Shown piece by piece: positions 10,085 through 18,678 of a DNA stretch of 64,000 nucleotides. Location: the NCBI GenBank assembly GCA_044225795.1, contig JBGAIF010000007.1:130095-194094 (forward strand). Direction: 5' to 3'. The stretch's first letter is position 1. The number at the start of each line of letters is the position of its first letter. The position numbers and the translations under genes were made by a program. The notes under the pieces were generated by a model. It was not told the DNA's origin. It saw nothing but the letters and a program-made list of their open reading frames with translations, and made no database searches. The DNA comes from Flavipsychrobacter sp. (lineage in GTDB: Bacteria; Bacteroidota; Bacteroidia; Chitinophagales; Chitinophagaceae).

Positions 10085-11299
10085 TTAAAATAAACCCCTG
10101 TCTGCATAGTCCGACAGGTATTCGTATCGGGGTGTGAGCCGGCCATCTGCACAGATGGTAGCGCGGCGCAATATGTCGCTATCGTCCTTCAGCACCTCTG
10201 GCAGTATGTACTTCTCAAAGTGCAACCCGAAGTATTCCGACGCATCTCTTGGCAACTCGTTCGGCAGATTGTCCACCGCCATTACATCTATGATGTCCCT
10301 GGTGTTCTGGTAGGGCGCTACGCGCTGTAGTGTGCTGCGCTCCACACCATACACCGGGTCGGCGATGGTGGAGGAACCCATGTTGATGGGCACAGAGCCA
10401 TCTATATCGCAGGTGATATCTGAGATCACCTTCAGCCGCCAGTCATTGCGCTTGATGTCTTCTTTATTGAACAACCGGGCTATGCGCTGCTCCCAGTAAA
10501 TGCCGTTCATCAATATATCTGCCTGGTTCACATAAGAGGAGAACAAGCATTTGTAGGCCTCAGGGTGCGCGTGAAAATCATCGCGGTGAAAGAGGTCATT
10601 GTCCTTCCTGGCATAGAGGCCCGCACCCTTCAGGTGTGTGAATACCGGGTATTCATATTCATGCGTCAGGAAGTCCGACGGCTCCACACCTTCTATATCC
10701 AGCTTGGTGAAGATATCGAGCACACCGGCAGTTACCTTTCCCGAACCCGTGACAACGATCTTCACATTGGGCAGCTTCAGTTGCTCATAAGCCGCTATCA
10801 TGTCGCGATAGTTCTTGACGGAATGTGCGGGTGGCAGATCATACAACCCGAACTTGCGGCCGTACGTGAGTAGCCCGTTATGCGCCCCCACAATACCCGC
10901 AAACAGCCCGAAACCAAGTATGCGCTGCTCATCGTTATACGTGATACACTCATAGTCTATCATGCGTATGCGCTTTTCTATAAGCGCGTGCATCAGGTCC
11001 TGGTTGTGCGGTTGTTTCTTCTTGGTATGCGAAAAGAAAAAGTAGGTCTTGCCGGCTATAAGATGCGCTCCCGGCACCTCTTTTATGCCCAGCAGTATAT
11101 CACAGTTGCCCAGGTCGTCAGTAAGCTCTACGCCCTGGTCTTCGTACTCCTCGTTGCTGTAGCAGCGGCTGTCTGACGGTTCTACGAGCACCTTTATCCC
11201 CGGATAGTGGTGATGAATATGCGCACATTGCTTCGGGGTGAGCGCCACACGCTCATCCGGATGTTTTTTCCGTTCCTTTATCAGCCCTATGCGGATCAT
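10085..11299 (-). CDS. Saccharopine dehydrogenase / lysine-ketoglutarate reductase-like NAD(P) oxidoreductase (AlaDh/PNT fold)
   Basis: RIGLIKERK..DERVALTP, LLGIKEVP, FFSHTKKKQPHN, RMIDYE, DITCDIDGS, MAVDNLPNELPRDASEYFG; start ATG 11299. Confidence 0.88.
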   Translation of the reverse strand: MIRIGLIKERKKHPDERVALTPKQCAHIHHHYPGIKVLVEPSDSRCYSNEEYEDQGVELTDDLGNCDILLGIKEVPGAHLIAGKTYFFFSHTKKKQPHNQDLMHALIEKRIRMIDYECITYNDEQRILGFGLFAGIVGAHNGLLTYGRKFGLYDLPPAHSVKNYRDMIAAYEQLKLPNVKIVVTGSGKVTAGVLDIFTKLDIEGVEPSDFLTHEYEYPVFTHLKGAGLYARKDNDLFHRDDFHAHPEAYKCLFSSYVNQADILMNGIYWEQRIARLFNKEDIKRNDWRLKVISDITCDIDGSVPINMGSSTIADPVYGVERSTLQRVAPYQNTRDIIDVMAVDNLPNELPRDASEYFGLHFEKYILPEVLKDDSDILRRATICADGRLTPRYEYLSDYADRGLF

Positions 11300-11343
11300 C
11301 TTTACTAATTTAGCAGCAAATATAACGTACCAACCACTAATAC

Positions 11344-11877
11344 ATGTTAAGTTACTTCGAACTATATGGCCTGCCTGTCTCTTTCCATCCAGATGCCACC
11401 ATTGTAAAGAACAGGTTTTATGAACTGAGCCGCAAGTACCACCCCGACAGAGCCACACAGGGCGATGCAGCAGCACAGGCAGAAGCGCTGCGGATGGCCG
11501 CGCTGAACAATGATGCCTACAAGACGCTCAAAGACCCGTATGCCACTATGGCCTATATACTGCGCCTGAACGGGCTGCTGGAGGATGAGGAGAAGTATGT
11601 GCTGCCCCCGGCCTTCCTGATGGAGATGATGGAGATAAACGAAGCGCTGAGCGACTACGAGGCCGACAATACCAACGAAGATGCCCGGCAAATGGTGACC
11701 ACCGCCCTGGACGAACAACTGGAACTATGGCAGGATGCCACACAACTTCTGGTGAACAGATATGATAAAGGGGAACATACGAAAGAGCTTTTGCTACAGG
11801 TGAAGGACCAGTATTTCCGCAAAAAATATCTATTGCGGGTTAAGGAAAGAATTGATACATTTGCAGCCCGCCGGTAA
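11344..11877 (+). CDS. hscB: Fe-S cluster co-chaperone HscB (J-domain)
   Basis: SYFELYGLP, SRKYHPDR, LNNDAYKTLKDP, FLMEMMEINE. Confidence 0.92.
   Translation: MLSYFELYGLPVSFHPDATIVKNRFYELSRKYHPDRATQGDAAAQAEALRMAALNNDAYKTLKDPYATMAYILRLNGLLEDEEKYVLPPAFLMEMMEINEALSDYEADNTNEDARQMVTTALDEQLELWQDATQLLVNRYDKGEHTKELLLQVKDQYFRKKYLLRVKERIDTFAARR
11856..11863 (+). promoter_or_regulatory. Bacteroidota -7 promoter element for tRNA-Leu
   Basis: TACATTTG matches TAnnTTTG, about 70 bp upstream of the tRNA, inside the hscB 3' end. Confidence 0.6.
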
Positions 11878-11934
11878 GGGGTCGAAAGTCGAAGGTAGAA
11901 AGACTTATACGGCAAAGATCCCTAACAAATAATT

Positions 11935-12018
11935 GCCCAGATGGCGGAACTGGTAGACGCGCTAGACTCAAAATCTGGTTATCGCAAGGTAGTGCAGGTT
12001 CGATTCCTGTTCTGGGCA
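11935..12018 (+). tRNA. tRNA-Leu(CAA)
   Basis: Acceptor stem GCCCAGA/TCTGGGC, D-loop TGGTAGAC, anticodon loop CTCAAAA, long variable arm, T-loop GGTTCGATTCC; CCA not encoded. Confidence 0.96.
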
Positions 12019-12019
12019 C

Positions 12020-12072
12020 AAAAATGAGAAAGGGAGCGGTGAGCGAGAGCGAACTCTCCCTTTCTCATTTTT
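12020..12072. terminator. 17-bp perfect inverted repeat after tRNA (probable terminator)
   Basis: AAAAATGAGAAAGGGAG (12020-12036) / CTCCCTTTCTCATTTTT (12056-12072). Confidence 0.7.
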
Positions 12073-12103
12073 CCCTCGCTCCCGCTCCCTTTCCCGCTCT
12101 AAA
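12065..12103 (+). repeat. 39-bp direct repeat, copy 1
   Basis: TCATTTTTCCCTCGCTCCCGCTCCCTTTCCCGCTCTAAA; 38/39 identical to 12755-12793. Confidence 0.95.
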
Positions 12104-12182
12104 GAGAATTGGATTCAGCTTTTTACAGCAATACCCCCTTTTTCATCGTGCTATCCCTTTTTCATACTAGCTGTATAATCCG

Positions 12183-12190
12183 TATATTTG
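12183..12190 (+). promoter_or_regulatory. -7 promoter element for the TA pair
   Basis: TATATTTG 15 bp before ATG 12206. Confidence 0.6.
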
Positions 12191-12205
12191 TAAGTAAAGT
12201 AAGCT

Positions 12206-12376
12206 ATGAATACACTGATCATAGACAATAAATCTTATGTTGTTTTGCCCGTAAAAAGCTATGAGGCATTACAAAAAAAGGCCGCTTTAAAAGCACGGCC
12301 AGAAAAGGTGCTATCTATTGAAGAGGCCAGGGCGCACAGTAAAAAACTGATCAGGAAGTGGGCAGCAGAAAAGTAA
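12206..12376 (+). CDS. Putative antitoxin, 56 aa (below the ORF-track cutoff)
   Basis: Manual translation MNTLIIDNKSYVVLPVKSYEALQKKAALKARPEKVLSIEEARAHSKKLIRKWAAEK; YVVLP..YE pattern is Phd-like; overlaps the next ORF. Confidence 0.7.
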   Translation: MNTLIIDNKSYVVLPVKSYEALQKKAALKARPEKVLSIEEARAHSKKLIRKWAAEK

Positions 12377-12657
12377 CTGTTAAAGAAACGGTTGCAAATA
12401 GTATCGCTGAAATAGCCTGGTACATTGAATCTAAGGGCTTAATTGCCACTGCCGAAAAATTCACCGATCATGTTTATGATTTCCTCATCAGGTTGTCAGA
12501 CTCACGTAGAACACATGCAATTTGCCACGACCCGGAAAGAGCTATTCTTGGATACAAGTGTATTTCATACAAAAAGAAATATACGATCGTCTTCCTGGAA
12601 ACTGAAGACGAACTGATGATCTGCGAATTTCTCCCCTCAAAAAATATTCACTGGTAA
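12358..12657 (+). CDS. Putative RelE/ParE-fold toxin
   Basis: 99 aa; size and pattern (SIAEIAWYI..ATAEKF..YKKKYTIVF) fit ParE-like toxins; coupled to the upstream small ORF. Confidence 0.6.
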   Translation: MGSRKVTVKETVANSIAEIAWYIESKGLIATAEKFTDHVYDFLIRLSDSRRTHAICHDPERAILGYKCISYKKKYTIVFLETEDELMICEFLPSKNIHW

Positions 12658-12754
12658 TGGCACTTTGGAAAATCCGCACTTTTCGGGGAGAGGCACGATT
12701 TCCGGATGTCTATCGGAACATATAGGAAAACGTGAGAATGGTTGATCTCCACTT

Positions 12755-12793
12755 TCATTTTTCCCTCGCTCCCGCTCCCTTTCCCGTTCTAAA
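12755..12793 (+). repeat. 39-bp direct repeat, copy 2
   Basis: TCATTTTTCCCTCGCTCCCGCTCCCTTTCCCGTTCTAAA. Confidence 0.95.
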
Positions 12794-12887
12794 AATTTTG
12801 CTTTGTAAAGCATGAATATCGTCAGAGACGGGGTTTTATTAGCGATTCGAGATGGGCGTCACTAACAGTAAACTCACATGGCAGCTA

Positions 12888-13322
12888 TTACTTCACAGCA
12901 TTAAAAACTCCACTCGTCACCACGTCGCCGGCCTTAGTGGTAAACGAAAAAGTGCCGGTCACGGCAGATGCTGAAGCAGTCGTAATGGTAATAGTGCCTG
13001 AATCGGCCCAATGCCCCCCATTGACTGAATCCAGGTCTGCTGTCACAGATAGATCGGGGTAAGGCGTGATGGTGTAGGTGCCCGTTGCACCGGTGGTATA
13101 ACTGGCAACGCCGAAATTAATATTGCGACCTGTGCGGCCCTTACCCTCATATCCAATAACATTTAAACCGCTCCGGCTGGATGACACGATGATACAGTCA
13201 TTAGAGGTAAACGATCTGCCATTAGCAATGGCAGTCATGGAACCTGTCGGGCCCTTGCTTTTACTACAACTTACAAAGGCGCAGATCATTGCTACAGCCA
13301 CAGGGATCATCACGTGTTTCAT
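12888..13322 (-). CDS. Small beta-rich lipoprotein
   Basis: Lipobox FVSC; GTITIT..VTGTFSF..VTSGVF pattern. Confidence 0.75.
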   Translation of the reverse strand: MKHVMIPVAVAMICAFVSCSKSKGPTGSMTAIANGRSFTSNDCIIVSSSRSGLNVIGYEGKGRTGRNINFGVASYTTGATGTYTITPYPDLSVTADLDSVNGGHWADSGTITITTASASAVTGTFSFTTKAGDVVTSGVFNAVK

Positions 13323-13516
13323 AGGTTACTTTGGGTGAAGATATAATTTTTTCGGTCAACGTGGTCCTCCTTGTTCAAGTACTCGCCCCTGGCAAAGGCC
13401 TTGGCTACAGGCCACAAGCGGCGACATTATCCACCGGTCTCGATGTTATTTTTTGGCGTTATTGTTGAAGAAACGACCTGCTCTTATTACTTTTTATACT
13501 TTTACAAAAAAACTGT

Positions 13517-14095
13517 ATGAAAAAATACGTTATTCTTCTTCCGCTGCTGGCACTGCTTAACACTGCCGGCGCCCAGACCGGCCAGCCCGACCAGGAGGCC
13601 ATGATGAAAAAATGGATGGACTATATGACTCCCGGCGATATGCACAAGATGCTGGAATCTTTCAATGGGAAATGGGAAGGTGAGATATCTATGTGGATGG
13701 CACCCGATGCGCCCCCTACAAAAACAAAGGGCATCTGCACCAACACCATGATACTGGGTGGCCGCTACCAGGAATCGACCTACGCCGCTGAATTCAACGG
13801 GATGCCCTTTGAAGGCAAAAGCCTGATGGCCTACGACAAGATCAAGAATGTCTTCATCAACACCTGGATCGATAACATGGGTACTGGCCTCATGCACATC
13901 ATGGGCACATACGACGCTAAAACAAAGACCATTACCATGCGCGGCAAGATGGTGGACCCTATGTCCGGTCTTGATAACGACATTCGCCAGACCCTGAAGA
14001 TCATTGACGATAAGCACCAGCTTATGGAGATGTACAATACACCACCCAATGGTAAAGAAATGAAGTCAATGGAGATCAGGTACACAAAGATGTAA
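13517..14095 (+). CDS. DUF1579-like exported protein
   Basis: TPGDMHKML..GKW, ILGGRY, PFEGKSLMAYD, TWIDNMGTG. Confidence 0.8.
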   Translation: MKKYVILLPLLALLNTAGAQTGQPDQEAMMKKWMDYMTPGDMHKMLESFNGKWEGEISMWMAPDAPPTKTKGICTNTMILGGRYQESTYAAEFNGMPFEGKSLMAYDKIKNVFINTWIDNMGTGLMHIMGTYDAKTKTITMRGKMVDPMSGLDNDIRQTLKIIDDKHQLMEMYNTPPNGKEMKSMEIRYTKM

Positions 14096-14120
14096 AAGAT
14101 ACATTTCTGAACATTTCACG

Positions 14121-14144
14121 GGAGCGGCATGCCGCTCCTTTTTT
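14121..14144 (+). terminator. Rho-independent terminator
   Basis: GGAGCGGC-AT-GCCGCTCC followed by T6. Confidence 0.85.
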
Positions 14145-14206
14145 ATGCCAGCCGCTAGATAGCCGCATCAGTATTTACGCTAACTTTGGTGTGTCAACTA
14201 CCTGAT

Positions 14207-14389
14207 ATGCGTGCAAGAAAACCAACCAACGGAAAAGTAAAAGGTGTAAAATTCACCATCAATAGCGATGATAAAGCCAGTGACCTGAAAGCCGCCAAAG
14301 CCCAGGCGCTGAAACAACTGGAAGAGCAAGAGAAGAACAGCCGCGACTGGTACGATAAGGAGCTCGATAAGAACATGGGCAAGAACTGA
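14207..14389 (+). CDS. Small charged hypothetical protein (60 aa)
   Basis: ATG 14207 preceded by TAACTTTG (-7 motif, 14181-14188), downstream of a terminator. Confidence 0.55.
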   Translation: MRARKPTNGKVKGVKFTINSDDKASDLKAAKAQALKQLEEQEKNSRDWYDKELDKNMGKN

Positions 14390-14404
14390 CCTACGTTGTT
14401 TTGC

Positions 14405-14740
14405 CTATATCAGCCTGCTGCCATTGGGCACAGCCCGCTCTACCGCCGTTATAACTATATCTCCGTTCTCATCAGCAAGCCCGGTAAGCAAAAACTCAGA
14501 CAGGAAAGGCCCTATCTTCTTAGCCGGAAAATTGATCACGCCCAGTATCTGCCTGCCTGTTAGCTCCTCCTTTGTATAGTGCCTGGTGATCTGCGCGCTG
14601 GTCCACTTCACACCCAGCGGCCCAAAATCTACTTTTACTTTGTAAGCCGGTTTCCTGGCTTCGGGAAAATCCAGCACCTCCATTATGGTACCCACACGTA
14701 GTTCTACCCTTTCAAAATCGGCCCAGCTTATTGTTTCCAT
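14405..14740 (-). CDS. tRNA-binding protein, CsaA family (OB fold)
   Basis: [50 protein letters not shown]. Confidence 0.92.
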   Translation of the reverse strand: METISWADFERVELRVGTIMEVLDFPEARKPAYKVKVDFGPLGVKWTSAQITRHYTKEELTGRQILGVINFPAKKIGPFLSEFLLTGLADENGDIVITAVERAVPNGSRLI

Positions 14741-14818
14741 ACCCGTAAAGTTACCTTTTAAGGCCCGTTTTTTGAAGACCCTGAACCAATCATTACATTT
14801 ATAGAATAAATCCAGCTT

Positions 14819-15790
14819 ATGCTCAAAGCCATGTCCCGTTTACTGTTCTTCATTTGCCTGTTGGTCACGGCCACACCGGCTACGGTCACCCGTGCGCAGG
14901 ATACAGCTCCCGACACTGTATATACAGGGGTCTATATCACCAGCATACACAATATAGATTTCAAGGAAAAAGAATACACCATAAGCCTGTGGCTGTGGCT
15001 GCGGTATAAGAACAGAAAGTTTGATTTTCTTGACAACCTCGAGATACCCCAGTCTAAGAACGTGACACGTTCCTTCGCAACCGTTGATAGCTCCGGCGGG
15101 CAGGTATATATGCTCATGAAGCTACAATGCGTGATGAAGGATGAGTGGCGCATCAACAACTTCCCGTTCGATAAGCAGAACCTTCGTTTCTCCATAGAGA
15201 ACTCGCAGTATGACGCTAAGTCACTGATATTTGTTGCAGACACCGCGGGCAAGGATTTTGACGAAAAATTCACGCTGAGAAAATGGAAGATAGACAGCAT
15301 AAAGATCAACACCGGCGTGCGTGTATATGAGACCGCCTTCGGTGACCCAAAGGCATTGAGGCCACACAGCGAATACAGCACTTACAAGGTGAAACTTACC
15401 ATCAAGCGCGATGCCATGGGCCTTTTCTGGAAAATGTTTCTCGGCATGTACATTTCTTTTCTCATTGCCTTCATGTGTTTCTTCATACACATAGATGGTA
15501 TTGATTCCCGCTTCAGTCTCAGTGTAGGAGCATTGTTCGCGGTAGTGGGCAATAAGTACATTGTTGACTCCGCGCTTCCCGAATCAACAACCTTCACACT
15601 TGTAGATACACTACATGGCATCACACTCTTTTTTATCGTGCTCATCATGGTGGCCAATGCACATGTGCTCAGGCTTTCTAAAAAGAATAAGGTATTGGAG
15701 ATCAAACGGTTTGATAATGTTTCTGCCATTGTATTATTCCTGATCTACCTGCTGGTCAATGGCTACTTCATTTTTATGGCCAGCCGTTGA
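14819..15790 (+). CDS. Pentameric ligand-gated ion channel (GLIC/ELIC-like)
   Basis: Signal peptide; beta-sandwich ECD ([24 protein letters not shown] Pro-loop, pre-M1 IKRD); four TM helices with SALPES M2-M3 loop and TLVD. Confidence 0.85.
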   Translation: MLKAMSRLLFFICLLVTATPATVTRAQDTAPDTVYTGVYITSIHNIDFKEKEYTISLWLWLRYKNRKFDFLDNLEIPQSKNVTRSFATVDSSGGQVYMLMKLQCVMKDEWRINNFPFDKQNLRFSIENSQYDAKSLIFVADTAGKDFDEKFTLRKWKIDSIKINTGVRVYETAFGDPKALRPHSEYSTYKVKLTIKRDAMGLFWKMFLGMYISFLIAFMCFFIHIDGIDSRFSLSVGALFAVVGNKYIVDSALPESTTFTLVDTLHGITLFFIVLIMVANAHVLRLSKKNKVLEIKRFDNVSAIVLFLIYLLVNGYFIFMASR

Positions 15791-15917
15791 TCCCGGTTGT
15801 TTCCGCTTTCAGCACGGTATGCTCACCATTCAGCATATAGTCCGTCACATCTTTCGGGGTAAGAGTTGCAACAATATAAAAACAGCTTATATTTGTACTA
15901 TACTTAAACTACATTTT

Positions 15918-16502
15918 ATGAGCAAGAATCTACTTTTATCCGTTTTCGCGGTGGCGGCACTGGGCTTGTCCCTCACATCGTGCAATCCGAGTGACAAGAA
16001 TTCAACCTCTGTCACTCCCGGCAAAGACATTACATGGTCCGGTGTCGATGTAACGATCACCATTCCACCGGTAACTGACCTGAACCAACATGACGTTATC
16101 GGTACCGGTACGTTTACTTACAATCTCGACAGCTTCCTGCGCAAGAAAACAGGAGACCTCTTTGGCATGAAAAACATTGACAAGTTTACCTTCTCTTCCT
16201 GCAAGCTGACCATCACTAACCCTGATGCTGCTAACAATTTCCAGAACTTTGAGAATGCTAAAGCCAGCTTTTTCACTTCTGTAAATACTACGGTAGCCAA
16301 TATGTGCGAGATAGCTAACAACCCGAACACTTACGCTGCGGAGCTGAACCTGCCTATTTCCAACACAGACAATATAAGGACTTACCTTCCTGATTCAGGC
16401 CCTGTTACGGTTACTTATAATCTCGGTGGCAAGATGCGCGCAGTTACTAACACTACGCTTACTGTGACCGCGCATATAGAATATAACATCCACGTACAAT
16501 AA
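15918..16502 (+). CDS. Lipoprotein of unknown function
   Basis: Lipobox LTSC; start ATG 15918 after TATATTTG at 15888-15895. Confidence 0.75.
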   Translation: MSKNLLLSVFAVAALGLSLTSCNPSDKNSTSVTPGKDITWSGVDVTITIPPVTDLNQHDVIGTGTFTYNLDSFLRKKTGDLFGMKNIDKFTFSSCKLTITNPDAANNFQNFENAKASFFTSVNTTVANMCEIANNPNTYAAELNLPISNTDNIRTYLPDSGPVTVTYNLGGKMRAVTNTTLTVTAHIEYNIHVQ

Positions 16503-16522
16503 GCATTACACTATTCTGAAAT

Positions 16523-16550
16523 AAAAAAGGAGCCATCCGGCTCCTTTTTT
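16523..16550. terminator. Rho-independent terminator (symmetric)
   Basis: A6-GGAGCC-ATCC-GGCTCC-T6. Confidence 0.85.
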
Positions 16551-16613
16551 ATTTGGTCTACGCTAACATTTTACCTACTAACCTTACCTTTACCGCTTCA
16601 AAGACAAATACAT

Positions 16614-17438
16614 ATGCTCACGAATATCAGTTCCATATTTTCCCGTAAATACGACAGCACCAACTTTTTCCTCATGGCAGGGCCCTGCGTAGTGGAAAGT
16701 GAAGAACTGATCATGAGCACTGCAGAAAAAGTTGTGGCCATATGTGACCATCTGCAGGTTCCGCTCGTATTTAAATCGTCTTACAGAAAAGCCAACCGTA
16801 GCCGCCTTGATAGCTTCTCCGGCATTGGTGATGAAAAGGCATTGAAGATATTAGCGAAGGTGCGCAGCGCATTTGATGTGCCGGTAGTAACAGATATACA
16901 CGCTGCCGACGAAGCAGAAATGGCTGCCGGATATGTGGATGTACTTCAGATACCCGCTTTTCTTTGCAGGCAGACGGATATACTGGTGGCTGCGGCAAAG
17001 ACCGGCAAGGTGGTGAATGTTAAGAAGGGGCAGTTCCTGTCACCTGAGTCTATGAGGTTTGCCGTTGATAAGATACAGCAGAGCGGCAACGATAAGATCA
17101 TACTCACCGATCGTGGCACCATGTTCGGTTATCACGACCTGATAGTTGACTACAGGGCCATACCGGCTATGCAGGCGCTCCGGGTACCGGTAGTGCTCGA
17201 TTGCACCCATGCGCTCCAACAGCCCAATACTACCAGCGGTGTCACCGGTGGAAATCCGCAAATGATCGAGACCATTGCCCGTGCGGGTATTGCTGTAGGC
17301 GCCGATGGTTTGTTCATAGAGACTCACCCCGATCCGCTTCATGCCAAATCAGACGGAGCAAACATGCTGAACCTGGTATTACTGCAACCACTTATGGAGA
17401 AGCTGGTAGCTCTCAGGCAGGTGATCAACAAATTTTAA
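16614..17438 (+). CDS. kdsA: KDO-8-phosphate synthase
   Basis: AGPCVVES, KSSYRKANRS, QIPAFLCRQTD, NVKKGQF, LFIETHPDP. Confidence 0.97.
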   Translation: MLTNISSIFSRKYDSTNFFLMAGPCVVESEELIMSTAEKVVAICDHLQVPLVFKSSYRKANRSRLDSFSGIGDEKALKILAKVRSAFDVPVVTDIHAADEAEMAAGYVDVLQIPAFLCRQTDILVAAAKTGKVVNVKKGQFLSPESMRFAVDKIQQSGNDKIILTDRGTMFGYHDLIVDYRAIPAMQALRVPVVLDCTHALQQPNTTSGVTGGNPQMIETIARAGIAVGADGLFIETHPDPLHAKSDGANMLNLVLLQPLMEKLVALRQVINKF

Positions 17439-18607
17439 ATGACCTGTGTGATCAGGAATTTCAGGTATTGTGTAGAAGGTACGTTACGCAATATCGGGTG
17501 ATCTGATGCCTGGGTGCGCCATTCTACCTGCCTCAGTGTCCTCCTTGCGTCCTTCGCGGCCATATCTATGATCTCAAGAAACATATCGGGCGGCACCAGG
17601 TTGGTACACGACGCCGTCACCAGGAAACCTCCCGGCTTTACCAGCTTCATACCCCGGAGATTGATCTCTTTATAACCGGTTATCGCTTTCTGTATGTTCT
17701 CCCGGCTCTTCGTGAATGCAGGTGGGTCCAGCATCACCACATCATACCGCTTGCCATCCTTCACCCACTGCTTCAGCACATCAAAGGCGTTCACGGCTTC
17801 AAACTTACAGATATCGCTGTAGCCGTTCAGCTCCGCGTTTCTTGTTGCCACCCCCACTGCATTTTCAGAGATATCAAGTCCCAGCACGCTCCTGGCGCCG
17901 TATTGTGCCGCATGCAGTGAGAAAGTACCTGTGTAGCAGAATGCCTCCAGTACATCTGCCCCACGCACTATATTCTGTATCGCGCGTCGGTTATCCTGCT
18001 GGTCAAGAAAATAACCCGTTTTCTGCCCGTTCTCTATATCCACATGAAATTTGAGGCCGTTTTCATTCAATATGATGTTTGTATCAAAAGGCTCTGACAG
18101 AAAGCCTTTCCGCTGGTCCAGTCCTTCCAGTGATCTTACCGGCACATCATTGCGCTCGTATATCCCCTTGGGGTTGAATATCTTCTTCAGCGCGTTTACT
18201 ATAGCGTCCTTCCACTTGTCCATACCCAGCGCCAGCGTCTGCAACACAAAGTGATCGTTGAACTTATCAATGATCAGCGCAGGGAGCATATCTGCCTCCC
18301 CGAATATCAACCGGCAGTTCTCCACATACCCTATCTGCTTACGATATTCCCATGCTTCATTTATTCTTTTGTAGAAAAACTCCTCGTTGACAACCTCTGC
18401 CTTATCTCTTGTCAGCAATCGTATGCGTATCTGAGATGCCGGGTTAAAATAACCCTTGCCCACAAACGAACCGTTATACGAATACACCTCCACTATATCT
18501 CCCGGATCAGCAGTCCCCTCGCTATCGCCAAGTTCATTGCCAAATATCCATGGATGCCCGTTTACTACCCTGTCCCCTATTTTTTTCCTCAGAAAGAATT
18601 TAGTCAT
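17435..18607 (-). CDS. RlmI-family SAM-dependent rRNA methyltransferase (PUA domain)
   Basis: GHPWIF, GQKTGYFLDQQDNR, LDPPAFTK, GGFLVTASC; start ATG 18607. Confidence 0.9.
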   Translation of the reverse strand: MTKFFLRKKIGDRVVNGHPWIFGNELGDSEGTADPGDIVEVYSYNGSFVGKGYFNPASQIRIRLLTRDKAEVVNEEFFYKRINEAWEYRKQIGYVENCRLIFGEADMLPALIIDKFNDHFVLQTLALGMDKWKDAIVNALKKIFNPKGIYERNDVPVRSLEGLDQRKGFLSEPFDTNIILNENGLKFHVDIENGQKTGYFLDQQDNRRAIQNIVRGADVLEAFCYTGTFSLHAAQYGARSVLGLDISENAVGVATRNAELNGYSDICKFEAVNAFDVLKQWVKDGKRYDVVMLDPPAFTKSRENIQKAITGYKEINLRGMKLVKPGGFLVTASCTNLVPPDMFLEIIDMAAKDARRTLRQVEWRTQASDHPILRNVPSTQYLKFLITQVI

Positions 18608-18627
18608 GCCGCAAAGATACACGAATT

Positions 18628-18661
18628 AAAAAAGCCCGTTCCACTTAGCAGAACGGGCTTT
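18628..18661 (-). terminator. Rho-independent terminator of the T9SS gene
   Basis: GCCCGTTC...GAACGGGC stem with an A6 run on the + strand. Confidence 0.75.
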
Positions 18662-18678
18662 CTATATGATTATACTTT

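Noticed and set aside
11881-11910. Heptamer-like run GTCGAAA GTCGAAG GTAGAAA in the tRNA leader
   Set aside because: Only three degenerate units; too short to support a call.
11935-12793. Classical tRNA-integrated genomic island
   Set aside because: No integrase and no duplicated tRNA 3' end (attR) in the window; kept only as a repeat-flanked cassette.
13330-13440. Coding-looking minus-strand fragment (PVAKAFARGEYLNKEDH)
   Set aside because: No start codon or recognisable family; cannot support a pseudogene call.
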